Assembly: GCA_964568145.1 (NCBI GenBank) | Contig: CAZMOZ010000002.1 | Coordinates: 178,849 to 242,848 of the forward strand | Direction of reading: 5' to 3' | DNA: 64,000 nucleotides | Origin: an uncultured Verrucomicrobiota bacterium | Lineage (GTDB): Bacteria > Verrucomicrobiota > Verrucomicrobiia > Limisphaerales > J093 | Shown here: positions 8,793 through 18,649 of the stretch, piece by piece | Numbering within the stretch: position 1 is the stretch's first letter | How the letters are laid out: the number at the start of each line of letters is the position of its first letter | Program-made: the position numbers and the translations under genes | Notes under the pieces: model-generated | Databases searched by the model: none | What the model was told of the DNA's origin: nothing | What the model saw: only the letters and a program-made list of their open reading frames with translations

Positions 8793-10460
8793 ATGATCCC
8801 AATACGAATGCCCGACGTCGCCGCATCCGCCCGGTCTGAGTCGCACCGGCCCAGGCGTTTGCGCGGCCACCGGTTGTGGTCGCATTTCCGCCGGCTCGGC
8901 GCGGCCTGCCTGGGCCTGGCTTCGCTGGCGGTGGATGGTTTGCCGGCTGATTCCGACCCGGCGCCAGCGGAGGCGCCGCTGGTGGCCCGCGCGGGCGACC
9001 GCAGCGTGGTCTTGCACTGGCGGGCGTCTGGACGCCCGGCGGGCTTCAACGTCTTCCGCCAGGCGGGTGATGGGTCGCGGGTCCGGCTCACCGCGAAGCC
9101 ACTGCGGGTGCCGCGCTTTGCCGATCTGGCCGTCACAAACGGCGTCACGTATCGCTACGTCGTCACCGGCGGACCGGGCGGGCCGCTGGCCGTGGAGGCG
9201 ACGCCCCGGCCGTTCGCCAGCGACGCGGAATTCCTCGAACTGCTCCAGGCCACGGCCTTCGACTACTTCTGGCGCGAGGCGAATCCGGCGAACGGCCTGG
9301 TCAAGGACCGCAGCACGACCAACTCGTTTTGCAGCATCGCCGCGACCGGCTTCGGCCTGACCGCCCTCGGCATCGGCATTGACCACGGCTGGATCACACG
9401 CGAAGCGGGCCGGCAGCGCGCGCTCACCACTTTGAAGACTTTCCGGGAAGGCCCGCAGGGCGATGCGCCCGCGGGTGTCATCGGTCACCGCGGGTGGTTC
9501 TATCACTTCCTGGACATGCAGACGGCGACGCGGTTCAAGCGGGTGGAACTGTCCTCGATTGACACGGCGCTGTTCCTGGCCGGCGCGCTCGACGTCCGCG
9601 AGTACTTCGACGGCGAACATCCCGACGAGCGCGCCATCCGCGAGCTGGCGGACGCGTTGGTGGACCGCGTGGACTGGCGCTGGATGGCGGACGGCGGCGA
9701 CACGCTCACGATGGGCTGGCATCCGGAAAGCGGTTTCCTCCAGAGCCGCTGGGTGGGCTACAACGAGGCGATGATCCTTTACCTGCTGGCGCTGGGCGCG
9801 CGGCACGGGGCGCTGGGGCCGGAATTCTGGCAGGGCTGGACGCGCGGGTACCGCTGGGCGACGTATTACGGGCAGAGCTACATCGAGTTCGCGCCGTTGT
9901 TCGGGCACCAGTACTCGCATGGCTGGGTGGATTTCCGCGGCCTTGCGGACGCCTTCCTGCGCGGGCGCGGCATGGACTACTTCGAGAACTCGCGCCGCGC
10001 CACGCTGGCCAACCGCGCCTACTGCGTCGCAAATCCCAAGGGCTGGCGCGGCTACGGTCCGGACTGCTGGGGCCTGACCGCGTGCGACGGGCCCGGCTTC
10101 GCGCCGTACCACGCCTACAGGGCCCGCGGCGCGCCGCCGCCGGAAAACGACGACGGCACGATCGCGCCCACCGCGGCGGGCGGCTCGCTGCCCTTCGCGC
10201 CCGAGGTTTGTCTGCCGGCGCTGCGGCACTTTTACGACGCCCACCGTGAGCGGCTGTGGACGCCGTTCGGCTTTCGCGACGCCTTCAATCTCACCGCCGA
10301 CTGGTGGGACCCCGACGTGCTGGGCATTGACCAGGGACCGATTCTCATCATGGCGGAGAATCACCGCGCCGGCCGGGTCTGGCGGCGGTTCATGAAGAAC
10401 GAAATCATCCGCCGCGGCTTGGAGCGGGCGGGCTTCACGCGGATTGGGAACGAACGGTGA
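8793..10460 (+). CDS. Secreted glucoamylase-like (alpha/alpha)6 protein, GH144/PF10091-like (putative beta-1,2-glucanase family), with an N-terminal Fn3-like domain
   Basis: N-terminal hydrophobic signal region, then FDYFWREANPANGLVKDRS and later motifs I associate with the 'putative glucoamylase' family. Family call is from memory, not from a search. Confidence 0.65.
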   Translation: MIPIRMPDVAASARSESHRPRRLRGHRLWSHFRRLGAACLGLASLAVDGLPADSDPAPAEAPLVARAGDRSVVLHWRASGRPAGFNVFRQAGDGSRVRLTAKPLRVPRFADLAVTNGVTYRYVVTGGPGGPLAVEATPRPFASDAEFLELLQATAFDYFWREANPANGLVKDRSTTNSFCSIAATGFGLTALGIGIDHGWITREAGRQRALTTLKTFREGPQGDAPAGVIGHRGWFYHFLDMQTATRFKRVELSSIDTALFLAGALDVREYFDGEHPDERAIRELADALVDRVDWRWMADGGDTLTMGWHPESGFLQSRWVGYNEAMILYLLALGARHGALGPEFWQGWTRGYRWATYYGQSYIEFAPLFGHQYSHGWVDFRGLADAFLRGRGMDYFENSRRATLANRAYCVANPKGWRGYGPDCWGLTACDGPGFAPYHAYRARGAPPPENDDGTIAPTAAGGSLPFAPEVCLPALRHFYDAHRERLWTPFGFRDAFNLTADWWDPDVLGIDQGPILIMAENHRAGRVWRRFMKNEIIRRGLERAGFTRIGNER

Positions 10461-10500
10461 ATCTCAGCCGGAAAACAGGCTGGCCAGGACGCCAGCGGGG

Positions 10501-10562
10501 GCCTGTCGCCCCTCGCTGAGGGGCGACAGGCCCGGCTCCTGAGTCAGGGACCGGCTATCCGA
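10501..10562. repeat. R2 hairpin and tail element
   Basis: CCTGTCGCCCCTC-gctg-AGGGGCGACAGG followed by CCCGGCTCCTGAGTCAGGGACCGGCTATCCG. Confidence 0.6.
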
Positions 10563-10660
10563 AGCCGGTCACCACCCCGGCAGGCGATCCCGCAGGCACG
10601 GAATTGAGATGCGCTCCCGGCAACGGCCGGCGCAACCGTGGACTCCACGGCCGTGGTGGC

Positions 10661-12259
10661 TCACGGCTCCGGCACACGCGCCAGCACGACGCGGAAACCG
10701 AGGTCGCTGCACCGGTTGAGCACCCCGTAGCTGTCGCGGTTGGCCGAACGGCAGGTCCGCGCGGGATACAGCCACGAGCCGCCGCGCGCGACGCGCAAGG
10801 TGCCTTCGGGCAGCGTCACGCGGTTGGTCACCATGCCGCCCGGCAGGTTCCCGCGCCACGTGTCCAGGCACCATTCGAGCACGTTCCCATGCATGTCGTG
10901 GAGGCCCCACGGATTCGGCTTGCGCGTGCCGACCTGTTGCGGCGTGGAATCGCTGTTGTCGCCGAACCAGCCGTAGTCCGGCAGCGCCGTGGCGGCGGGA
11001 TCGTCGCCGTGGCTGAAGCGGCTGTGGGTACCCGCGCGGCAGGCGTATTCCCACTCCGCCTCGGTCGGCAACCGGTAAGTATGCGTTTCGGGCAGCCGGC
11101 CGGCGGCGCGCTCGCGCTCCGTGAGCCGCCGGCAATATTCCACCGCCTCGAACCACGTCACCCGCTCCACCGGCAGTTGACCGTGGCCGGCGTACCGGCT
11201 GGGGTTCGCGCCCATCAAGGCCTCGAAGGCGGCCTGCGTGACTTCGTGCCGGCCGATCCAGAACCCCGCCGGGAAAACGACGCGGGTCAACGGTCCTTCG
11301 TCCAAATCGCGGTCCTTTTCCTCGGGCGGACTGCCCATCGTGAACTCGCCGGGCGGAATCCACACCAGGTCGCCGGCCGGCGTCACGGCGGGGTCCGGCA
11401 GTCCGGCCTCGGGTCGCGCGCCGCCGCCCACGCCAATCCGCGCCAGAAGTTCGGGCGGCCAGGCGGCCACGCGGCGCAACCGCTCGAGGCGGCTCGCGTG
11501 GATGCGCCGTCGCGGCCCGGCAGCCATTTGAAATTCCAGGTCGGTTGCCATGAGGTTGGCGGTGAGCGTCCGCCCGTTCGTCAACACCAGCTCCACCCTG
11601 GCGGGCTGGGCGGACGAAAAGCTAGCCGCGGCGATTTCGCCTGACGCCCAGCGCAAGGCCGCGCCGCCGGCTTCGACGCAAAACGGGTCGCTCAGCAACT
11701 CGCCCGAGAAGAAGTCGCCGTTGCGAAGCTCGGCCAGCACGCCGGACGGTTGGGGCGCGACTTCGCCCGGCTGGCGGCGGACGGCCAGTTTCAAAAGGTC
11801 TTCCGCGCGGACCGCGACCGGCGCGTTCGACCCGGCCGGGTCGAACGAAAAGACCCGTTCGCCCGGAAACCCGCTGAGCCGGTCGTGGCGCCGGGTGACC
11901 ACGACGACCAGCCCGCTGGCGGCGTCGGTGAAATCCACGCCCGCGATCTCGTCGGCGGGAAACACCAGTTCGTCCTCGGCCACGCGGAGCCGGAACGCAT
12001 CAAGCCGCCACGCGCCTTCGCGGCGTTCGCCGGTGCGGAGCAGCAGCGTGTCGGCGTGGGGCAGGCGCGGCAGATTCAAGACCACGGCGGGCTCGCTTGC
12101 CGGCTTGTGGGCGGCGTCGCGCGGAACGTCGTTCGGCTCGGCCGCCAGCATGGCCGGCGATGCCGTCGCCATTGTTGCCGCGAGAATCGCCTTCCAGCTT
12201 TCGCAGCGGCTGGTCCGCGGTCGGCTGCGCGCGCAAAGTCTGACGACGCCGGGTTTCAT
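10661..12259 (-). CDS. Secreted protein with a C-terminal FGE/SUMF1-type (formylglycine-generating-enzyme-like) domain, probably non-catalytic
   Basis: Signal-like WKAILAATMATASPAMLAA. C-terminal WIPPGEFTMGSP...EAEWEYACRAG...NPWGLHDMHGNVLEW...RGGSW. ATG overlaps the upstream stop (ATGA). Confidence 0.85.
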   Translation of the reverse strand: MKPGVVRLCARSRPRTSRCESWKAILAATMATASPAMLAAEPNDVPRDAAHKPASEPAVVLNLPRLPHADTLLLRTGERREGAWRLDAFRLRVAEDELVFPADEIAGVDFTDAASGLVVVVTRRHDRLSGFPGERVFSFDPAGSNAPVAVRAEDLLKLAVRRQPGEVAPQPSGVLAELRNGDFFSGELLSDPFCVEAGGAALRWASGEIAAASFSSAQPARVELVLTNGRTLTANLMATDLEFQMAAGPRRRIHASRLERLRRVAAWPPELLARIGVGGGARPEAGLPDPAVTPAGDLVWIPPGEFTMGSPPEEKDRDLDEGPLTRVVFPAGFWIGRHEVTQAAFEALMGANPSRYAGHGQLPVERVTWFEAVEYCRRLTERERAAGRLPETHTYRLPTEAEWEYACRAGTHSRFSHGDDPAATALPDYGWFGDNSDSTPQQVGTRKPNPWGLHDMHGNVLEWCLDTWRGNLPGGMVTNRVTLPEGTLRVARGGSWLYPARTCRSANRDSYGVLNRCSDLGFRVVLARVPEP

Positions 12260-14037
12260 TTGGGCGGGTCGCGCGCGATGAAGAGGCCCAGCGTGGCCGC
12301 GCCCAGCGCCAGCGCGATGCCGTACAGCCAGGCCAGCGACGTGAGTTCGTCACGCAGGCTGGCCACACCACCCAGCACCTTGTCCATGGTCCGCACCATT
12401 TCGAGGTAGGACAGTTCCGGGAGGCCGGCGAAGTCGAACAGCAGGTTCGAGGCGTGCCACAAACCCGCCGCGCCCAGGATCGCGATCAGCGGGCTGCGCG
12501 AGATCACCAGCAGGAAGAGCGTGAGCGTGACCAGCAGGCAGGCGCAGCCCAGCACCTTCCCCAGCCCGATCAACATCCAGCGCGGCGTGACCGAGGTGGT
12601 GCGGGATTCGAGGTCGTCCACGCCGCGGCCGGTGAGGCTGTTGAGGAGGAGGTTGACGCGGTTGGTACGCTCCTCGCGCGGCGGCAGCACGATGCGGACA
12701 TCGGCGTCCTGGCCCAGCAGGCCGAGGGTGCCTTTGCCCTGGAAGCGGACGGTGGCGAAGTTGCAGGTGCGTCCCCAGCGGTCGGTCTGCGTCGTGGCGC
12801 CCAGCCGGTCCACCGTGGCGGTGAATTCGGTCTTGCCCACCGTGACGTACGCGGCCAGGCCGGTCTTCAGGCGCTTGAACTCCTCGAAGTCGTAGATCGG
12901 CAGCCGGACTTCGTACTCGTCCAGGCGGGCGAGGGTGAGCAGGTGCGCGCCAAGCGGCACGTGCTGGGCCGGCTGCACCAGACGCTCGGTCACGTAGCCC
13001 GACAACGGCGCGGTGACGGTGGCGTGCCCCAGCCGTTTGCGGGCCTCGCGCACGCGCGACTGCGCGTTCTCCACGAGGCGCTCCGTGGTGGCGATGGCGT
13101 CCTGCGCAATGCGGACCTGGTTCTCGGCGGTCTGCAAATCACGCTTGCGGGACCGCACCTCGGTCTCGCGGTCGGCCTGCTCGATGCGGCTCATCAGGTC
13201 CTTCGCCATGAGCGCGCGCTCGGCCCGGGCCAGGGCGTCCTCGACCTGGGCCACCACGCGCAAGGCGTCCTCATGGCGGCGCTGGGCGTTGCTGACCTCG
13301 TTGCGCGCGGTCTCCTCCGCGCGGCGTTCCGTCTCCAATTGATCGAACAGCAGCCGGTCGTCGAAGACCGCCAGCACGTCGCCGCTGTTCACGGCGTCGC
13401 CCACCTCGACCTTGACCTCGAGCAGCGTGCCGTCGGTGCCGGCGAAGACCTTGCGCGGATCCCAGGCTTCGATCTTGGCGTTGGTGGCCTTCGACAAGAC
13501 CTGGCCCGCCTCGGCGCGGAGCAACTGGTCCTGGCGGATCGCCCAGAACGACGCGGGGAGCAGCAGGCCGCCGATGAGCAACACCACCGCAAAACACCGC
13601 GCCAGCAGCTTGCCGCTCACGTACTCGCCGCGCGTCAGGCCACGGCTCAGGATGGCGTCGTTGAGACAGTCCTGCTCGCGGGCAAAGGCGCCGCCGGCGA
13701 TGAAGATCACCCCGTGCATCCACAGCAGCAGGTACGTGACGTACACCGCCTCGAGCATCTGGCTGGCCGCCCGGTGCTCCGCCTGCATGCCTTTCAAGGC
13801 CAGGACGGTCAGCAGGCCGCTGGCGATGAGAAAACCCCGTGCCAGCCAGGACTGGGCGATGGTTTCGAGGTCGGCCACCGCGAGCAACCGCACCGAGCGG
13901 AACCGCCCCGGGAGGCGCCGTCCCGCGCCCAGCGTCGGCAACACACCCGGCCCGGCCGCGGGGTTGATCCCGCCGGCGGCTGGCGCCTCGCCCGGCACCG
14001 GGCGCGGCTCAGGATTGGGCGGCGCGGAGGAAGCCAC
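12256..14037 (-). CDS. Polytopic membrane protein (presumed ABC permease partner, 3+3 TM) with an embedded HlyD/membrane-fusion-type adaptor domain
   Basis: Three hydrophobic helices, then VKVEVGDAVNSGDVLAVF, a long coiled coil and VTAPLSGYV, then three more helices. GTG start 14035-14037 overlaps the ATPase gene by 29 nt. Confidence 0.75.
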   Translation of the reverse strand: MASSAPPNPEPRPVPGEAPAAGGINPAAGPGVLPTLGAGRRLPGRFRSVRLLAVADLETIAQSWLARGFLIASGLLTVLALKGMQAEHRAASQMLEAVYVTYLLLWMHGVIFIAGGAFAREQDCLNDAILSRGLTRGEYVSGKLLARCFAVVLLIGGLLLPASFWAIRQDQLLRAEAGQVLSKATNAKIEAWDPRKVFAGTDGTLLEVKVEVGDAVNSGDVLAVFDDRLLFDQLETERRAEETARNEVSNAQRRHEDALRVVAQVEDALARAERALMAKDLMSRIEQADRETEVRSRKRDLQTAENQVRIAQDAIATTERLVENAQSRVREARKRLGHATVTAPLSGYVTERLVQPAQHVPLGAHLLTLARLDEYEVRLPIYDFEEFKRLKTGLAAYVTVGKTEFTATVDRLGATTQTDRWGRTCNFATVRFQGKGTLGLLGQDADVRIVLPPREERTNRVNLLLNSLTGRGVDDLESRTTSVTPRWMLIGLGKVLGCACLLVTLTLFLLVISRSPLIAILGAAGLWHASNLLFDFAGLPELSYLEMVRTMDKVLGGVASLRDELTSLAWLYGIALALGAATLGLFIARDPPK

Positions 14038-14980
14038 GGAATTCGTCGTCTGTGATGAGTTTGAGGTAGGCGTCCTCGAGCTGGCGCCCGAGGGAGTTCA
14101 CGCCTTCGATGGTGGCGCCGTGCTCGCGGGCCAGTTGCAGAAGCCCTTCGAGCACGACCGCCGCCGGCTCGTCGGGGCGCAGTTCCACGCGGATTTTGCC
14201 GCGCTCGAGCGAGAGGTCCGGCCGCCGCAGTTCCGCGAGCAGCGCGGCACGGAAGCCGTCGATCTCGCCGGCGACACGGAGTTCGAGCAGGCGCCTGGGC
14301 AGTTGCGCCTCGAGCTCGGACCGCGTGCCGTCGAACAGAAGCTGGCCCTGGTTCAGGATGAGCAGCCGGTCGCACACCCGGTCAATGTCGCCCAGGATGT
14401 GCGAACTGAGCACCACGGTCTTGCGCCCGCGCAGTTGCTCGAGCAGCTCGAGCGTCTGGCGACGGCTGATCGGGTCCAGCCCGGCCGTGGGCTCGTCCCA
14501 GACCAGCAACTCGGGGTCGTTCATCAGCGACGCCGCCACGCCGAGGCGCGTGCGCATGCCGGTCGAATAAGTGCCGATCCGCCGCCCCGCGTCCTCCGTG
14601 AGGCCGACCGCGCGCAACAGCGTGCCCATGCGGGCCTTGGCCTCGCGGTGGTCCAGCCCGAAGCACGCGGCCACGAATTCGAGGTAACGGATGGCGGTCA
14701 GGTCCTTCGGAAACGCCGGCTCGTCCGGCAGAAAGCCGACCCGCTGGCGCAGGCCCCGGGCACCGGGGCCCATGGGCTGGTCAAACACGCGGATGTCTCC
14801 GGCGCTGGCGGTGATGAGCCCCAGCGCGAGCCGCAGCAGCGTGGACTTGCCGGAGCCGTTCGCGCCCAGCAGGCCCACCGTGGAGCCCGGCGGCACCGAG
14901 AACGACACGTCCGCGAGGGCAATCTGGCGGCCCTGATAAACCTTCGTCACGCGCGCGAAACTGATGGCCGTGGCACTCAC
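14009..14980 (-). CDS. ABC transporter ATP-binding protein
   Basis: Walker A GANGSGKST, signature YSTGMRTRL, Walker B LLVWDEPTAGLD. GTG start. Confidence 0.93.
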   Translation of the reverse strand: MSATAISFARVTKVYQGRQIALADVSFSVPPGSTVGLLGANGSGKSTLLRLALGLITASAGDIRVFDQPMGPGARGLRQRVGFLPDEPAFPKDLTAIRYLEFVAACFGLDHREAKARMGTLLRAVGLTEDAGRRIGTYSTGMRTRLGVAASLMNDPELLVWDEPTAGLDPISRRQTLELLEQLRGRKTVVLSSHILGDIDRVCDRLLILNQGQLLFDGTRSELEAQLPRRLLELRVAGEIDGFRAALLAELRRPDLSLERGKIRVELRPDEPAAVVLEGLLQLAREHGATIEGVNSLGRQLEDAYLKLITDDEFRGFLRAAQS

Positions 14981-15431
14981 GGGGTCGGCGGTGACTTTGC
15001 GGCCAGCCGCGCCGGCGTGGCAAGGATTCCCAACGCAAGGAGATTCCCCGGTGCCTCAGCCGAAGGAGACGAGCACGAGCAGTTGAGCGGGCAAGCCGTC
15101 TCAAGAGCGGTCCTGGCTGACGGCAAGGTCCGCGTGTAGCTGTCTGACGAGTCGAGAACGGAGAACTGAAAAACCAGGCAGCAGCCGCCCGGGCCTCAGC
15201 CAAACCGTGTTAGTCATGCGGTTTGCACAAACTTACCTCACAAGTTGGCGACCCTCCTGGTCGGGCAGGAATCAATGTTTCAAGGAAATTTATTGACTTC
15301 TGCAGTATAGCTCATGTACTGTTTGCACCACTGGGAACAGCAGTCATGAACCGCCCTCTTTGCTCCCGAATTTGTGTTCCCGGTGGAGGTGAACTGGGCA
15401 GCAAAACAAACAGCCAGCAAAACCAAACAAC

Positions 15432-15905
15432 ATGAAGAAAACCACAGCCACACTGATCGGAGCCCTTGCGGTGTCCCTGATTGCCTTGATCCCAGCCCGT
15501 GCCGCGGTCGTCGTAAACGAGAAGATTGACCTCACCGGTTTCCTCGTCTTCGTGCCCTGTGCCGACGGCGGAGCGGGGGAACTGGTGGAGTTCGAGGGCA
15601 ACTTGCATGTCTTGATTGCCGAGACAGCCGACAACAAGGGTGGCTTCCATGTGAAGATGCACTTTCAGCCGCAGGGGTTGAGCGGCGTCGGTTTGTCCAC
15701 CGGAGACAGCTATCAGGCGACCGGAGTGACGCAGGATCACCTCAATCTGAAAGCGGGTGTAACTTACACCTACGTGAACAACTTCCGGATGATCGGTCAG
15801 GGACCGGGAAACAATTTCCTGGTTCACGACACGTACCACGTCACAGTGAACGCGAACGGCGAACTCACCGTGGAGCACATCAATTCCAGCGTGGAATGTA
15901 AGTAG
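15432..15905 (+). CDS. Small secreted hypothetical protein
   Basis: Signal peptide MKKTTATLIGALAVSLIALIPARA. Sits in a visibly AT-richer islet. I do not recognise the family. Confidence 0.6.
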   Translation: MKKTTATLIGALAVSLIALIPARAAVVVNEKIDLTGFLVFVPCADGGAGELVEFEGNLHVLIAETADNKGGFHVKMHFQPQGLSGVGLSTGDSYQATGVTQDHLNLKAGVTYTYVNNFRMIGQGPGNNFLVHDTYHVTVNANGELTVEHINSSVECK

Positions 15906-16228
15906 CCCGGACAGGAGCTGGCGCGGGGGGAGACGCGCGCCTTCCGCCCGCTTTCAACTGCGCGGTGGCTGCCGGAAGGTGGTAGCCGCCGCGTGGTCTT
16001 TCTTACGGTCGTGAATCAAGCGTTGGGGTGAACACCGGTCCTGTCCTGATACTGGCCGCGTTTCGCCGGCACCCCTTTAGCGGTCTTCGTCAGCTTGAGG
16101 TTGGACACAGCTCGATTCACGCGGGCGAAGGCGGGACAATTTTTCCGCCGCGAATTTTCAGGAGCGGCACTGCTTGAAGTGGCTCCTCCCGGCCGCCTCT
16201 AGGGCGGCGCGTGGATTCAAGCGCAAAT

Positions 16229-16789
16229 TCAATGCCCGGCCGGCGGCTCCGCGAAGGCCGCGCGCAACACCATCCCGACGAACGCCGCGAGGCCCGGCGC
16301 CTCCGAGGCCCGCGGCCCGGCCACGTTCAGCCGGCGCACCCGGTGACGCCGCACAAACTCGCGCAGCCGCGCCGCCGCGTTTCCGGCATCCCACGCGGCG
16401 GCCAGTTGCAGCACCGGTTTGCCCAGCAGCCGCGCGGTCTCGAGCGTCAATTGCGAGCCGCCGGCCAGCTCCGGGGTGGGCGAGAAGATCACTGTGGCGT
16501 CGCTGTCCCGCACGTTCAGCCGCGTGCGTTCCTCGTACGCGGCGGACGCAGTCTCGGTCAGCCGGTAACACGCCGGGATGACGCCGTCCTCGGCCTTGCG
16601 GCCGCGCGGGCACCAACCGCCGTGCGGGATGCCGTGCGCCCGCGCGAAATCCAGCGCCGCGCGGTCGGCGCCCGTCTGGCCGCCGGCCCAGATTTCGGCC
16701 GGGCAGTTGGCGGGCGGTTGCGCGCGCGCGCCAGCGGGCTTAGCGCCTTGCCGGGCGCGTCTTTGGCCTTGGGCCTTCGTCTCAGTCAT
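16229..16789 (-). CDS. YpsA-like SLOG-fold protein (putative molybdenum-carrier family, PF12694-like)
   Basis: GGQTGADRAALDFARAHGIPHGGWCPRGR motif. I chose the internal ATG at 16787-16789 (MTETKAQ). Confidence 0.7.
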   Translation of the reverse strand: MTETKAQGQRRARQGAKPAGARAQPPANCPAEIWAGGQTGADRAALDFARAHGIPHGGWCPRGRKAEDGVIPACYRLTETASAAYEERTRLNVRDSDATVIFSPTPELAGGSQLTLETARLLGKPVLQLAAAWDAGNAAARLREFVRRHRVRRLNVAGPRASEAPGLAAFVGMVLRAAFAEPPAGH

Positions 16790-17006
16790 TTGTGTAACCA
16801 CGAACGAACGCGAATGAACACGACTCCGCCCCACGCGGCAAAGCCACAATCCAAGGAGATGGCCGCAGAAAGGCGCAAGGAACGCGAGGGCGCCTGCTCA
16901 TGACTTCTTCTGCGCTTTTTGCGCCTCCTGGCGGCCAAATCTCACCGGTCGAGGAAAGTTGTGCGTGCGGGAGTCGCTGCGCCACGGACAACGCCGGCTT
17001 GCGGCT

Positions 17007-18356
17007 TCAATCCGCCGGCCCGGTGAGCGGCTCGGACTGGTCGCGCAGTTCGGGCAGCCGCAGCGCCACGAGCGCCGCCGGCAGGAACAGACAGCCCGCC
17101 AGCAGCAGCGTCAGGCGGTAATCCCCCACCTGGCCGAACAGGCCGAAGAACACCACGCCCACCGCCGACACCACGCGGCCGATGTTGTAGCAGAAGCCGG
17201 CGCCGGTGGTGCGCAGCAGCGTCGGAAACAACGGCGGCAGGTACATGGTGTAGAGCGCGAACAGGCCCTGGAAGAAGCCCGGCACGGCCAGCAGGTAGTA
17301 CAGCCGCGCGTGCGGCCACTCGACTGCGTAGCAGCCCAGCATCGCCAGAAAGTAGCCTAGCGACATGGCTGCGATGACGCGGCGGTAGCCGAAGTGCCGC
17401 GCGAACGCCGCCGCCACGAAGTTGCCCAGGATCGAGGACACGATCACCAGGTTGAGGATCGCCCGGCCCCAGTCCGCCTTCTCGCGGTCGCTGAGGCCGA
17501 TCACGTCCGGCAGGTTCTTGAACTGAATCTGGTTCCAGAACATGAACGCCCAATGACCGGTGAGGCCCAGCGCGCACACGGCGATCACCAGCCAGGTGGT
17601 GCGCCGCACCCCGCCGCGGAACAGGTCGCGCACGCGGGGCGTTTGCGCCGCGCGCTCGGCGCGGGCCCGGGCCGCCGTCCATTCCGCCGTCTCCGGCACG
17701 GCGCGGCGAATCCACAGCACGAGCAGAGCGGGCAGGATGCCCACCAGGAAGAGCCAGCGCGGTTGCTCGGCGACCAGCGGCGCCATGAGCAGGTGCGCCA
17801 GGACGGCCAGGAGGATGCCGACGTTGACGCCGGTTTGCAGCACGGCGGCGATCCACGGCCGCCAGTGCCGGGGCCAGGTCTCGGACAGCAACGACGCGCC
17901 CACCGCCCATTCGCCGCCGATGCCCAGCGCGGAGAGGAAGCGAAACAGGCCGAGCTGCCACCAGGTTTGCGCTGTGGCGGACAGGCCGGTGAAGACGGCG
18001 TAGGTCAGAATCGTGAGGCAGAGCGTCCGGCTGCGGCCCAGGCGGTCGCCGATGCGCCCGAAGAACCCGCCGCCCAGCGCCCAGCCCAGCAGGAAGAGCC
18101 CCTGGATGATCGAACCGTAATGGCCGACGGCGGGGTCCTTGGTGTTCGTCACGCCCAGCAACTCCGCCACGAACTGCACGTACACCAGCGTGTACAGGTG
18201 CATCTCCAGACCGTCGAAGGTCCAGCCCAGCCACGCGGCGATGCCGGAGCGCCATTGCTGCGACGAGAGATCGCGGAGGCGGCGGACCGGGCGGGTGGCG
18301 TCCGCGGGCTGCGGGGCGGCCGGGGCTGTGGGCTTGGGCACGCCGGAGGGAAGCAC
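17007..18356 (-). CDS. MFS transporter
   Basis: About 12 hydrophobic segments and a GRIGDRLGRSRTL motif-A-like loop. GTG start. Confidence 0.9.
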   Translation of the reverse strand: MLPSGVPKPTAPAAPQPADATRPVRRLRDLSSQQWRSGIAAWLGWTFDGLEMHLYTLVYVQFVAELLGVTNTKDPAVGHYGSIIQGLFLLGWALGGGFFGRIGDRLGRSRTLCLTILTYAVFTGLSATAQTWWQLGLFRFLSALGIGGEWAVGASLLSETWPRHWRPWIAAVLQTGVNVGILLAVLAHLLMAPLVAEQPRWLFLVGILPALLVLWIRRAVPETAEWTAARARAERAAQTPRVRDLFRGGVRRTTWLVIAVCALGLTGHWAFMFWNQIQFKNLPDVIGLSDREKADWGRAILNLVIVSSILGNFVAAAFARHFGYRRVIAAMSLGYFLAMLGCYAVEWPHARLYYLLAVPGFFQGLFALYTMYLPPLFPTLLRTTGAGFCYNIGRVVSAVGVVFFGLFGQVGDYRLTLLLAGCLFLPAALVALRLPELRDQSEPLTGPAD

Positions 18357-18500
18357 AAGACGGCGATTCGCTCAACCCCGGCCGGAAGCCGGGCCGGAAG
18401 CCAAAACTCAGGAGTTCGAATTTGGAAAGCAGGAAAGCAGGAAACTGAAATCCGAAGTCCGTAATCCAGAGTCCAAAGTCTGAAGTCCGAAACCTGACTC
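18222..18500. repeat. Direct repeat A (5' end of the MFS gene plus its upstream region)
   Basis: Near-identical to 22193-22446 from ccagcccagccacgcggcgatgccggagcgccattgctg through tttggaaa.caggaaagcagg, then degenerate. Confidence 0.85.
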
Positions 18501-18649
18501 AGCCGGAGCGATGCCATTGGACCGGGAAGCGCACCCGCCTCGGGTGCCTTGGCGGGCGAGGTGCCCGCCCCTCCAGCACGGCGGGTTTGGCGCACTGCTG
18601 GGCGGCTGAACCTGCCGGGCTTCAAGCCCCCTTCCTGCGGGGTTGAGTC

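Noticed and set aside
15906-16228. Short minus-strand ORF remnant (…AFARVNRAVSNLKLTKTAKGVPAKRGQYQDRTGVHPNA*) as a gene fragment
   Set aside because: It is under 50 codons, I do not recognise a family, and there is no start or RBS context. The evidence is insufficient to annotate it.
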